A program made the position numbers and the translations under genes. Shown piece by piece: positions 27,551 through 39,445 of a stretch of DNA of 64,000 bases. Each line of letters starts with the position of its first letter. The stretch's first letter is position 1. The notes under the pieces are model-generated. The model saw only the letters and a list, made by a program, of their open reading frames with translations. It searched no databases and was not told the DNA's origin. The stretch is from Octopus bimaculoides (taxonomy: Eukaryota). Location of the stretch: positions 11,077,537-11,141,536 of the forward strand of contig NC_068992.1 of NCBI RefSeq assembly GCF_001194135.2, in the 5' to 3' direction.

Positions 27551-28405
27551 CTAACACAGATTCTGTAATTGTTAACAAATATTTATTTGAAGTCATCTTT
27601 TTGTTGCAAATTCAAATGATGAATCTACCTAAAACCTTAAGTCGTCATTTAACAAATTACTGACTTTGATGAATTAATATTTCAATTAAATTTTAAGAAT
27701 TCTTTTCTTCTCATTTTATTTCATATGTGTAAATTATATATTTGGCTAGCTGGTAAATGAAATTAATATGAAACTTTTTTCACTTGCATAGAAGTAACTA
27801 TCAAATTGTCATCAGCTATTAAGAATGAAGGAAAGTCTGTTGTATTCATTGAAGTTAAGGGAATATATCTATCTAAATTAGGATGGAGGTGGAGGGGAAA
27901 AAAACAAAATACAAAAGTATATTTTGGCACATAATTTACAACTTTTCCTACTTCTTAATATTTCTTTAACATTGTATTGTGATTTATGCTGTGTAATGGA
28001 AAAAAGATTTTAGACAGCGACCTTTCGAACTTTATACATATAAAATGGTGAATAAAATGAAAGAAAATGCACAGATTGAAAATGAATGGAAGGCACTAAT
28101 TATCATTGCGTGTGTATGTGTACCTATGTATGGTATATACAGCCATGTGACTGTGTGTGAGAGAGAGTGCTCCCTGTCTTAGTTTCAGACATGAAAATGT
28201 TCAGTCCAATAATTTTTACAAATAAATAACATTAACTGCATTGATGATTAGTGATTCTGCTTGTGGTGTTTTTTGATGATTTTTACCTATTAGGAATGAT
28301 TGTTTACCTTTCACTTTCAATCAGTGTAGTTTGCTTCACTTTGTCTACCATATTAAATGTACAAATATCGAAAGATCACTTATTGGGCATCAAATATGGA
28401 CTTAC

Positions 28406-28687
28406 CATATGGGGGAATCACGTCTACTTTAAAGCGTTTGATTTCTTTGTTGCCTTCTTCACAAATATAAAGTCCCGTGTCACTATAGTTACTCTTCAGT
28501 ACTGTGAAGACACTGATTAGAGTTTTTGTAACTCTAGGTCGATAGTTTGTAATGTAAACTTTTTTACTGACATCAGTACTTAAAGGTTTGCCTTGTTTGA
28601 ACCACAATATATCGTCAGGAGGTTCCGTCTTTCTTGTAATGTTACATATCAGCTTCACAGGATCCTCAAGCCTGACACGCACTATGT
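28406..28687 (-). CDS. Internal coding exon B: one complete Ig domain, paralogous to exon A
   Basis: Acceptor ttttttattgcag|AC and donor TAT G|gtaagt. The exon is 282 nt (94 codons), phase 1-1. Translation: (D)IVRVRLEDPVKLICNITRKTEPPDDILWFKQGKPLSTDVSKKVYITNYRPRVTKTLISVFTVLKSNYSDTGLYICEEGNKEIKRFKVDVIPPY(G). It has LIC...W...DTGLYIC and sequons NIT and NYS. It shares LICN, DI.W.K.G, TLIS, SN..D.G.Y.C and RFKV.V with exon A. Confidence 0.9.
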
Positions 28688-30774
28688 CTGCAATAAAAAA
28701 ATTGAATACAATAGCAATGGCATTGTTCCTGGAAGTTATACATGATATGAAAGAATAATGTTCTTCATGTGACAAAATGTTTGTTGTTGAACTTAAATGG
28801 AAATTATCAATGAGAGCAGAACAGCAGTCGTCATTGCCTGTGATCAACAAACGTTTATCTAATATTATAGGCAATTTCCTGGTGTTGCCTTAATTTTTGT
28901 TTTTATCGATTAAAGTTTGTTACAGAAATTTTCAGTAATTACTCTAAATTATAAAATATTTTGTTGTTGTAACTAGCAATTTTCTCTAATGCTTAATATT
29001 TGAAGATAATTCAAAATAATAATTTTACTTAAATTACTATAAATAGGTCTATCAAGAACAGAGTTCGAGTTAAAATTAAAATTCTATGTTTAAAAATATT
29101 AAATATAATATTCAAAAAATTATTTTTGTATTTTTGTGTCAACAATATTTATTACATTTTATTAACCAATGAAATATATCAAAATTTTCAATCTAGTTGC
29201 CACTAAATCAAGCTATCATTATTATTATTTATTATTATTTTTTTTTTTGGCAAATATAAATACACACATATATATATGTTGCTACAATCTATGGACAGAT
29301 CTATATTCACATCACATCAAATGTATCACTAAATTTATTAGTCCAGAGACAATAATCTAATAAACATTTTTCTTTCTCTAAATATCTTATATTACAAAGC
29401 GACAAAAATCATTTGCATTTATTTCACAAAATATATTTCCAAAGTAGTACAACATTAATAAACTAAAGAATCACAAAAGCAATGACAAAATTCAACAGTA
29501 ACATAGGCATGCTTTATCAAAGAAACAAAAACGAAAAAAGATGATGCATCAGTCGAGTAAAAATTTTATATCAACCATTTTTGTTGCTTGGATGTTTTTA
29601 CAGAAAAAAAAATCTGTGTTAGAAATAGCCTGTGTATAAGAAAATGTCTTGGTAGTTGACCAATAGAATGAAGATTGGTCCCTTCTTTAGTTTATTTTAT
29701 ATAATTGCATTGATTTCCATGTATGGTTATTTTTACTGAGGCACAGCCATAAAAGTCAAATGTATAGATCTTCTATAATGATGATGGCTAAAAAAAAAAT
29801 ATAAATATATAACGAAGTTGTAATGCAGAATTATGTAAAGTTAAGTTAGAAGTGAGGGTCTAAAGTGAGCTATTTCTAACACACTAGCAGAGTCATCAAA
29901 ATAGAGATTAAATAATAAAAGGTTAAAGATTTATTGTCATGTTTACTATTTATAGAGAAACATAAAAGGCTTGCTTATTTTGGCATATAAGCACTGTGAC
30001 CACTCACACAATAGTCTATAGAGTAGATAAAAGCAATAGAAATAAAAGTAATACCAAATGAGGTTTCCAGTTGCTATGAATAGTTTTAGGGGTTCACATT
30101 CAAAACTGCAGATCAATTAGTTGTGAATAGGTACAACTGTCCATATATATATATATACACACACATACACATATTCATACACTCATATAATTGGTTCCAA
30201 GTTTGAAAACTAGGATATCTGGTTAAATAAATGGCTGGTCTTTATAAATGTATTTTTATTTTACTCTCTTTCATGTGGGAATTTGTAGGTGTGATTTGAT
30301 TGAAATCATGCCTGATAGAATACCAAGTTATGACTGGGTTGGTGGGGGGGAAGAAGATTTATTTATGTGTAGATGCTGGAAGTGATTTTCAAAGACAGTT
30401 GTATTTGTAACACATAACCATGAAACTTTGGCAGTTAAAAGTTGCTAACTTTTCTTCTATGAATGAAATACTGTTGATGTAATCATACAATTTTGTCTGA
30501 ATCATAGTGCTTCTAGGTAGAAGTCTTGGGAAAACAGGAGTCAAAAGTAAACTGATTTTTTTTTTTTTAGAAATGGTAATGTGCCAAACTAAATGCTTAC
30601 AGCGCATAGTCATGAACTTTTACACTCTAAGTTCCAATCCAGGTGGGGGTTAACCTCGCCTCTAATCCCTCCAAGCTTAGAAAACAAAATAGCAATAGTA
30701 TTGATTCACTACTTCATTACCTAAAAGTTTGTAGCCTATGTCAAGGTTGAAAACTATTATAATTATTACTATCA

Positions 30775-30829
<55 letters not shown>

Positions 30830-30944
30830 TATAATAATAATAATAATAATTATTATTATTATTTGATAGAATTGTTGCAGCTCTAAAAAAAAAAATAAAG
30901 ATGCCTTGCAGTGTTTCTTTGAAATCGTTACATTCTGGGTTCAA

Positions 30945-31170
30945 AACCCACTGAGGTCACTTTTACATTTCATCCCTGCAGGGTCAATAAAATAAAGCAC
31001 CAGTTAATAACTAAGGGTGATGGCATCAACTAACACCCTCCCTCCCTACTAAAACTTCCAACCATTTGGAGTTCATGAAAGAAGTACCAGTTGAGCAGTA
31101 GCATTGATACAGTCTACTAGCCCCTTACCAATTATTTCAGACTTTGTGCCTGTAGTAGAAAGTATTGTTG
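30945..31170 (+). mobile_element. SINE S2 copies (decayed) running into (TTG/TTA/TCA)n
   Basis: Contains TTCTGGGTTCAAA...TTTCATCCCTGCAGGGTCAATAAAATAAAGCACCAG and TTGTGCCTGTAGTAGAAAG. Confidence 0.65.
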
Positions 31171-34100
31171 TTGTTGTTGTTGTTATTATTATTATTATTA
31201 TCATCATCATCATCATTATCATTATCATCATCATTATTATTATACAAAACTGAAGGCAGTGGAAATTACCTAAAAACATCGAAACACTCAAAGGCTGCTT
31301 TGAATTAACTTATATATTAGAAGGCCAAGAAGGTATGTATTAGTAATAGATTAGAGGTGAAGTTGATTTAATATACAAAGCCCTGCCGTGTACAAATTTG
31401 ATTTTGTACTTAGTTTAAATAGATAGCTAGTGATGGTGCAAAACTGATTTGAGAGCACAAACTGAAAATAAACAGTAAGTGAATAAATCCTTAGTTTGAG
31501 GTTGGTGGAGTTTCTATAATAGATGTCTATCTATAGAAGTCGCCAATGAATTAAGGAGAGAGCAAAGCAAAAACAATATGTAAGACTGTAGCTATTAGTC
31601 AATGGATAAAAGTCTAATTGATGATGATAATAATAATAATGCCCTGATGCAGTGGCTCTCATGGATTTTGATCTTAACTGATTCGAAATGTTATCATGTA
31701 TATTGTTTTGTCTTGGTATAAAAAGATGGGCTAGAGCAATTATTCTGCTCAATACCACAGATTTGCTTGTCAGTTGCTTGACCTTAACCAGTTGAGCATG
31801 ACCCTTAGTGGCTCTTGATATGTCTATCTCTGATCATGAGCAGAGTTAGTAGGGGAGCATCATAGGAATTCTTTGGGGTTTGAATAATTCAGCTCTGGAA
31901 ACATGGGTGTTTTGTTCACCATCCTTAAACAATAAATAATAATAATGATAGTTGTTAAACTACATGACAGACTAAGTCTAACGCCCAAGTAAGTTGCAGT
32001 GAGATTTGATCTTAGAACACAAAGTTTTGGAATAAATACAATAAGGCATTTGTTCTGAGGTTCTTGCCAATCTGTTAATCCACTACCTTAATTGCTACTT
32101 TTGGCATAGTTGACCACGCATTTGTGCAACAGACATATTTTCTTTCCAAAATAAGAAATGCAAAACTAAAGAGATTAACTTCAGATTCTATGATGATCAG
32201 AATTGTTGATTGAAATGCGTAGTTAATAACTATTTTTATGACAACTGATTATTGATTACTGCATAATAATTTTCAACTATATTATTTTCACTTGATTACA
32301 TATAATTTTTGGGCCCAGTCAACCATAGTACTTATATATATTTTGTATTGTTGTAGCTTGAACTTTGAAAATGTTACATTCATGGCAAAGATATGCTTAT
32401 ATTTCTTCTAAGTTTTTATCATCCAGAGCCAAGCAGTAAATACATCTGTATTTATTAAATAGTAAAAGAACTAGAAGCTAGTTTAAGTGCTTTTATGGAC
32501 TTGCCTGACTCTACATCAACAATATTTAGAACTTTTTTAAATAAAGACCATATTGTAAATTTTCAAACTCTGTATATGTCAATAAATTTGTAAAAGGACA
32601 CATAAATAAAATCCTCTGGTTTCCTGGATATGAGGAGTTGAGACACGGATTTTCAAGTTTTGTGGATCACCAGAATGTATCATCTGAGACACGGATTTTC
32701 AAGTTTTGTGGATCACCTGAGTGTAACACAGGTAACTTTCCCAATGAATCCAGTATCCAGCTAAGTAAATAAGTGACATTAAGTTTAATACAAAAATTCT
32801 GCTAAGGTGTTAGTGACACCATCATCTTCTCTTTCATGAACAACAGTTTGATAATAATCTTTTTTACTGAACACAAAGACTGAAGATTACAGAAGATAAA
32901 ACAAGATGTTTTGACATTCATTCTTTACTACTGGAAAATTAAGTATTACTGCCTATTTTTTGTTGTATTGTTCTTATCGATTATTTAATATTTATGTGAA
33001 ATTTAAAAGAACTGAATTTTACTTTTAATTTACCAAATAAACTACTTGTATTCTTGTTTCTCATAAAATATTTTTAAGAAGACCAGAAATAATAAATGGT
33101 AGTAGAAAGGTTGAATGTGGTTTACCCATCAGTACAAGAGTAGAGATTTGTAATTTTGTTTCACCTTAGAACATAGAGAAAGTGGAATGTATATATATAT
33201 TACTGATTCTGTTACTCTCTTACATTGATATATCTGTACGAAATAATATTAAGTAGTGTTGATTATAATCTTGCTTAGCTATTCTCTGATCAATTGTCTA
33301 TAATATATGTTATTACACTTTAATGACAGAGACATTTCTCTATTTTAAAGAAACAATTGCACATTAATGTTGACGGATAGCAATCTTAGAATACCATTTA
33401 TCAGCCAATACTAATTTCACACTAAGCAAGTATAAATTTAGTACGATCGACTATTATCTGTTTATACCAAATCATGAGAATATATCAAATCCTAACACTC
33501 TCCATTAACCCAAGGGAAAGTCAGCAATTTACCTGTATTACCTATCCACTCTCCAAGCTGTTGCCATCCAGGTAGGTATTGAAGTGAAATAGTTTGACTA
33601 GGAATTGAACTTAACAATGCAAACTTAGCTTGTTAAGATATTATTATTTTATAGTTTTCATTGTTACAAATTTTGTTATTTCTAATATTTAACCACTTCT
33701 GCATCCTTAGAATAGAGGGAGGGTTGTACTACTCATATGGCAAAACCAGGAACCAATATAAAGTTGCACTCCCTCCATGCACTGACTACTGCCCCATAAC
33801 ACTCACTGCTTTTGAAAGGCATAAGGCCATATATTTCTAGAGCAGGAATGTAGTTGATTTAACAAACACAACTATATTACTAGTAAAAATATTATCATCC
33901 TTGGAATAATGAAAATTATAATCAACCCAAGCAGAAATGGCAGCTAGAATTTAGAGAGGTAAATCTAAACATGACAGATATTTTTTCATCCAGTGCTCTG
34001 TTAATTCAGCATACTCATTGTCTTCTCTAATGGTAATGTCTTACACAGTTAGAGAGTCAGAAATGAATTTTATGATTGGAGAATGAGTGTGTGTGACATT

Positions 34101-34269
34101 CATCCCTTTCTCAAAGATATTAGCAATATAAATGAAATGAGTTTTTCTATGGCATTTGCTAACCAATTCTTGATAATATTGATGCATCAGGGCATTCATA
34201 TCTGAATATTTGAATGGAAAAATAAAATGGCATTTAGCAACCATTGTTGTAGAATCATTATTATTCAAC

Positions 34270-34590
34270 TAAGGTGTCTGTCTTGTGGTAATAATTGTGG
34301 GATGTACTGTGGAGGTATTAGATAGACAGATGGATTATTGTATGCCAATGATCACTCACAGCTCATGGGAGCCAAGAAAAAAAGAATGGTAAGATTAGGA
34401 AACTCTAGCCAAAGGACTCTTTTCCCTTTAATGCTTAATCTGGATGGTATGGCAATTCCCATGATTCCTACCAGATCCTCTAAGACTGTTAGGATGAACA
34501 GGGGAAGTTATTCTCAAAGCAGAGAACTCTAGTCTGAATGCTTGCAGCAAAGTGGGATCACCTAAAGTACCTAAGGACCAGCTGGTGCTG
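34270..34590 (+). mobile_element. Possible ancient LINE reverse-transcriptase remnant
   Basis: GLLYAND resembles the LLYADD catalytic motif, and there is a later KYL segment (cf. F.YLG). Heavily decayed. Confidence 0.3.
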
Positions 34591-34607
34591 TTAAAACTAA
34601 TGACAAA

Positions 34608-34859
34608 TTAACCCTTTCGTTATTTTCGTTATCATATTTCCATTAAAATATGCTGTTTTGGGTTTTTGATTTTGAAAATAATTGATTTTGAAAAATTGAT
34701 TTTGAAAATTATGAATAATTTAGTGAAATTAAATTGCTGTTATTAAGCTGATGGTTGGAATATCAATTACCATGAAATTTGGATGGAAATTTTTAATGTA
34801 GATCCATCTAAAACAAGAAACTTGTATCATAGAACTATTGGTGGTGCTAGAAGGGTTGG
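34608..34859. mobile_element. TTAA-flanked MITE, family 1, second copy
   Basis: Starts TTAACCCTTTCGTT and ends aagggttgg. It shares a catgaaat-tggatgga...tttaat-tagatc core with 8804-9034. Confidence 0.6.
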
Positions 34860-36489
34860 CATCTCAGACAAAAGGCTCCAGCAAGAACTCAGAACACAAA
34901 GGTTTCCCATCCAATGCTCTTACAGCTCAGCAAAGTCACTACCAGGATGCAAAGCGCAATAACTTCTCAGTCAACTTTGCAAACCCACAGGAGGTGGTAA
35001 ATACATTTTCTCAGTTAATTAAACACTTGTCAGTGCTGACTCTATTGCAAATATGTAGCTAGAAGTGTCAGTTTATAATTATGTATCAGGGAGAATAAAA
35101 CATAAGCCTAATGATTAATATCAATTTAAACTGACCAGGCAGTAACTCTGAACATGTTTTGGTCTCTTAAACAAATAAAGCATGCATGTTCAATGTTGCT
35201 ACCCATACTGATCACATTCAGATTAAATTTATATCAGTCATCAATCAAATATTTTCTTCTTTTCATCACATTATTATTACTTGGTTATTGATTGCATATT
35301 TTTTTGCATTGCATCATAACCAGTCTAAGTTTTTTTTTTTTAGCACAGATCACATTCCTGGGTGATTTCCTTCAGTTATTTTAATTATGTGACTTTGTCT
35401 ATCTGTAAAACTAGAAATGAAGTATCCTAGCTACATAAAACTGCACTCACTCTAAAGCAGATATGAACCACTGGCCTCTAAGCTTGTTGTCAGCTGCCCT
35501 GTTGACTTATGTACTATATTTGTGCTCTTAGGATTTTAACAGACTAACAAAGCATAATATTACAACTAGAATATTACTAGCTCTGTTTCTTTCCAGGCTC
35601 TAATGAATGGCAATGTAGTCTTTTGGCACTCAATGGATTATTTCCAATTTTGTTTCCTTTTAACAATGAACCAAATTCATGATAAGGACTGGAATGTTGA
35701 TCCTTATGCTTTGATGTTATTGAAATGACCATGATAAGGATTGCAATGTTCATCGTAATACTTTCATGTTACTGGAACGACCATAATCAGAACAAAATAT
35801 CTCAATCAATAAATACTGTAAAATATTTACAATGAAAATTATAAAAATTATAAAACAAAAAAAAAGAAAAATTAAAACTAATAATATATTGGTAACAATG
35901 AGTAAATGACTTTGTAAACAAATTAGCAACTATATGGGTTTTTAATAATTTTATTTTCAAAGAGGAAAGAAACTAAATGAAAAGAAAACTATAATTTTGA
36001 AATGTGCTACATCTGGTATTCAACTATTTGATAAGCAAACAACCAGACACACTGCCATTGCAAAAAGCTTGTCAGAGATGACTCCAAAGAATAATTTACA
36101 AAACAACAATAGCAACAACAACACAGTAACTGGCTGGAAGATAAAAGAAATTAGATAAACTATATCTGATAAACTGTGATCGCTATGATAGCATTAAAGA
36201 ATAATGTTTCGTTCTGTAAACAAACTCTATATATGTATTATATAGATTCGAATATTTTATTTATTAAAGAATTAGTATACTAGTTTAATATATCATGGTG
36301 GCCAGCTGATATATAGATGATGAGTTTGTGGCCTAAATCACATACCTGGCTAGAATTAGTGATGTAACAAGGAGGGAAGGATGAGCAGGTAATATTCATT
36401 TCCTGGGTGCAAGTGGGAATGGTCAAAACATTTCTTTTTCTTTATTATACCTGTTAATTAAGGGACAAGGAGCCAAAATTGTTTTAGTC

Positions 36490-36680
36490 CCTAGGTATGG
36501 TGCCACATAAAAAGCACTCAGCCCATTCTATGTGGGGGGGGGTATTAGGAAGGACATCCAGCAGTAAAACCCATGCCAAAACAGACACAGAAGTCTGGTG
36601 CAGTCTTCTGCTAGGCCAGCTCCTGTCAAACCATCCGACCCATGCCAGCATGGAAAGTGGATGTTAAACAATGATGGTAA
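36490..36680 (+). mobile_element. S3 copy
   Basis: Runs GGTGCCACATAAAAAGCAC...TTAGGAAGGACATCCAGC...CCCATGCCAGCATGGAAAGTGGATGTTAAACAATGATG. Confidence 0.75.
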
Positions 36681-36929
36681 AATGAGTGATGGTGCTACTA
36701 TTCCTCTGAAGAACATTGTAATTTATCACTTCATTATTATGTCTCAATCTTTCCATCCCAGAACTTACTTTCTTTAACATTCCTTCTCCAAATATATTTG
36801 TTTCATAAATTTTGTCCAGATATTTTATCCCCTCACTACCCTACCATTCTAACCTTTCCTTTTGTATAAGGGTCAAGAAAGGCTATTGGGAGAGTCCTAC
36901 TTTTAACTAAGTTTTAACTGTTTCTGACA

Positions 36930-37085
36930 GGCGCACACCCAAAGATTCGGGAGCAGGGGATAGTTGGCTTAGTCAACCCCAGTACTTTACTGTTACTTTA
37001 TCATATCAGTCCTGGAAGAATGAAAGGCAAAATTGACCTCAGAAAGATTTGAACTTATGATCTGAGAAGCTGAGTCTGCTAATCC
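36930..37085 (-). mobile_element. SINE S2
   Basis: Contains GTCAACCCCAGTAC...GAATGAAAGGCAAAATTGACCTC. Confidence 0.65.
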
Positions 37086-37678
37086 ACCAACCTTTTCAAG
37101 TAAAAGATAATAATAATTACAAGCAAAATCACATAACTTTTGTGCTGCCTGCTCTTTAGAGATATTTAAGCTTATATTAAAAACTACATAGCATATTATC
37201 TTCTTATGTACTTATATTAATGAACTGACATCTATGCAACAAGTATACTGTAGCTTTCACACTAAAGTTCAACATTTTAATTTTACTAGCTTTAGACAAT
37301 TTACTGGGTGACTGACCAAATATTGGCACCATTCATTATAATGCAAAGTATTTATCTTTAACATTAGTAGGTTGGTGTAGTCTGGAATGTTTTGATATCA
37401 GTTTTGGTAGACTTACACAAGGACAGATTTTGTGGGTGTACAAGCAAATGAATTGATCTCACTATATTTATAGGACTTACTTTATTGAACCCAGAAAAAT
37501 GCATGTTGAAATCGAAAGAAGTAAGATTTATGCGTGTGATTGGAACTAAATAGTACAACACTACAATTTCAATTCTACTTTAAATATGAACCTAGCTATA
37601 TGTGAACTAAAAAGATAAAGGTCACCAAAATATATAGCATTGGGCCTGTATCAAATACTATTTCAATACTGACCATAT

Positions 37679-38016
37679 AGGCATAGGTGGGGCTGTGTGG
37701 TAAGATGTTTGCTTTCCAACCACTTAGCTCCTGCAGGTCAACCAAAGACTTGTGAGTGGATTTTGTCGATGGAAACTTAAAGAAGCTTGTTGTATACGTG
37801 TGTATGTTTGTGTTTGTCTCCCACCACCTCTTGACAATTAGTGTTGGTTTGTTTACATTCTCATTACTTAGTGGTTTGACAAACGATCCTGACAGAATAA
37901 ATACTAGACTTAAAAGATAAGAAGTGGGGTTGACTTGTTTGACTAAACCCTTCAAGGCAGTGTCCCAGAATGGCTGCAGTCTAATGACTGAAACAAGTAA
38001 ACTATAAAGGATAAAA
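37679..38016 (+). mobile_element. SINE S1 with an internal deletion
   Basis: GGCTGTGTGGTAAG head, TTGTGAGTGGATTT body and GACTGAAACAAGTAAA 3' end. Confidence 0.8.
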
Positions 38017-39324
38017 GATATAATAATTAAATAACAATGAAATAGTACAAAATATCAAACTTGACAGGGAGAATTAGTCAGAAGAGAATTAGTTTTCCAA
38101 GTAAACTTGACTGAGATTGAAACCACACCACATAGATCCGGTTCGATGATAACTTATTATCAACTTTACTTTCTTAGCAGTAATAATTTCACAAATAGAT
38201 ATAAAACTCAACGTTTATAGAGGATAGTTATAGTTGATGGAAGCAACCTTAATACTGGTTTTATTGACTCTTATGCAGGATAAAAGACACAGTCAACGTT
38301 AGCAAGATTTGGACACAATAGAAAGGGAATATGAAACTAAATCCTGTGCTTAGTCCATTATCCCACTGTTTCATTCACTTCATTGCTTATCAGTTTCAAC
38401 AATAATAGTATACCAGCCTAACGTCATAGCTGAAAGATGAAATATTGGCAATGATGGTCATTCAACCATGAAGCTCTTTAACAATGTTTATGCAAATGTT
38501 TCTCTGATCTGAATATCTTGCAATATTCTTCAATTTATAAGTCTCTTTTACAAATGGGATTCTGGGATAGTCTATCTGAAATATTCTATTCAATTTTTAT
38601 GTCTTATGTACTTAATTATACATTATCTAAATCCACCTAGCTTTAGGGTTTAGGTACTAAAACATCTAAAAATGTTATGAGTCATAGACTGGCATCATAT
38701 CCTTGGGTTTATTTATCTCAATTGCTTCATGATAAAATCAAACTGACCTGAAGTCACTGATGCTTAATTGCTTCTTGGAAATTCTAAAGTTATTAAAAAT
38801 TTACATTACTCCTTTAAGTAGTCTTTAGTTGTCAGGAAAGTCTATTGTAGGATCAAATGTTATTCTTCAATTAAGTTCTGTTATTATTTGTTCTTGGGCT
38901 CTTTGCATCTTTTCAGCAAAAGCTATCATATTAATGTTGAGGCACAGAAGATTTCTGTTCTGTTTCTGTATCATGTTGGTGAAAACATACACATCTCTGG
39001 GAATATGGTAGTTACTTTGAAAGCCTTCCATATATATATATATATATATATTATCTTTATCTTATGATATTTACTTTGTATTATATTATACTCATTTATC
39101 GTGTTTTTACTTATTAATTTACCTATATGACTGTGGATTTTCATGGATTAGTTCATGAACTTTGGTTCTTTTCTCTAAAACGATATATATATATATATAC
39201 TTACATACATATGTATATATATATACTTACATACGTATGTATGTATTATTAATATTTGTTTTTTATGTCTCCTTATATATATCGTATATATATAAAATTA
39301 ACAGAAGGATTGCATGGCAGCATA

Positions 39325-39445
39325 TTTATTTCATTTTTATGAGGAAAAGGGTGACTGTGACTTCGAGGTTTTGGCTGCTACCTTCATCAGACATAGTGAT
39401 GAAAAAAACTAAGCTGAAGCTTTGGAGTCACAGTCGACCCTTTCT
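39325..39445 (-). mobile_element. Possible Penelope-like terminal repeat with a degenerate hammerhead-like core
   Basis: Minus strand reads AAAGGGTCGACTGTGACTC...CTGATGAAGGT...ACCTCGAAGTCACAGTCACCCTTT...AAATAAA. There is an outer inverted repeat, CTGATGA and CGAA core motifs, and a downstream AATAAA. Confidence 0.35.

Noticed and set aside
28688-28874. N-terminal extension of ORF 28380..28874 (MPIILDK...)
   Set aside because: It lies upstream of a strong acceptor at 28688 and is intronic read-through; the Ig homology starts at the acceptor.
32639-32717. Repeat-spacer-repeat pattern resembling CRISPR
   Set aside because: Only two units with a 13-bp spacer, in eukaryotic context with no cas genes.
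32785-32879. Good acceptor followed by (V)FVFSKKDYYQTVVHEREDDGVTNTLAEFLY*, a possible terminal exon for exon A
   Set aside because: The frame is short with no recognisable motif, and such segments are expected by chance. Worth revisiting only with RNA data, since it would favour a two-gene model.
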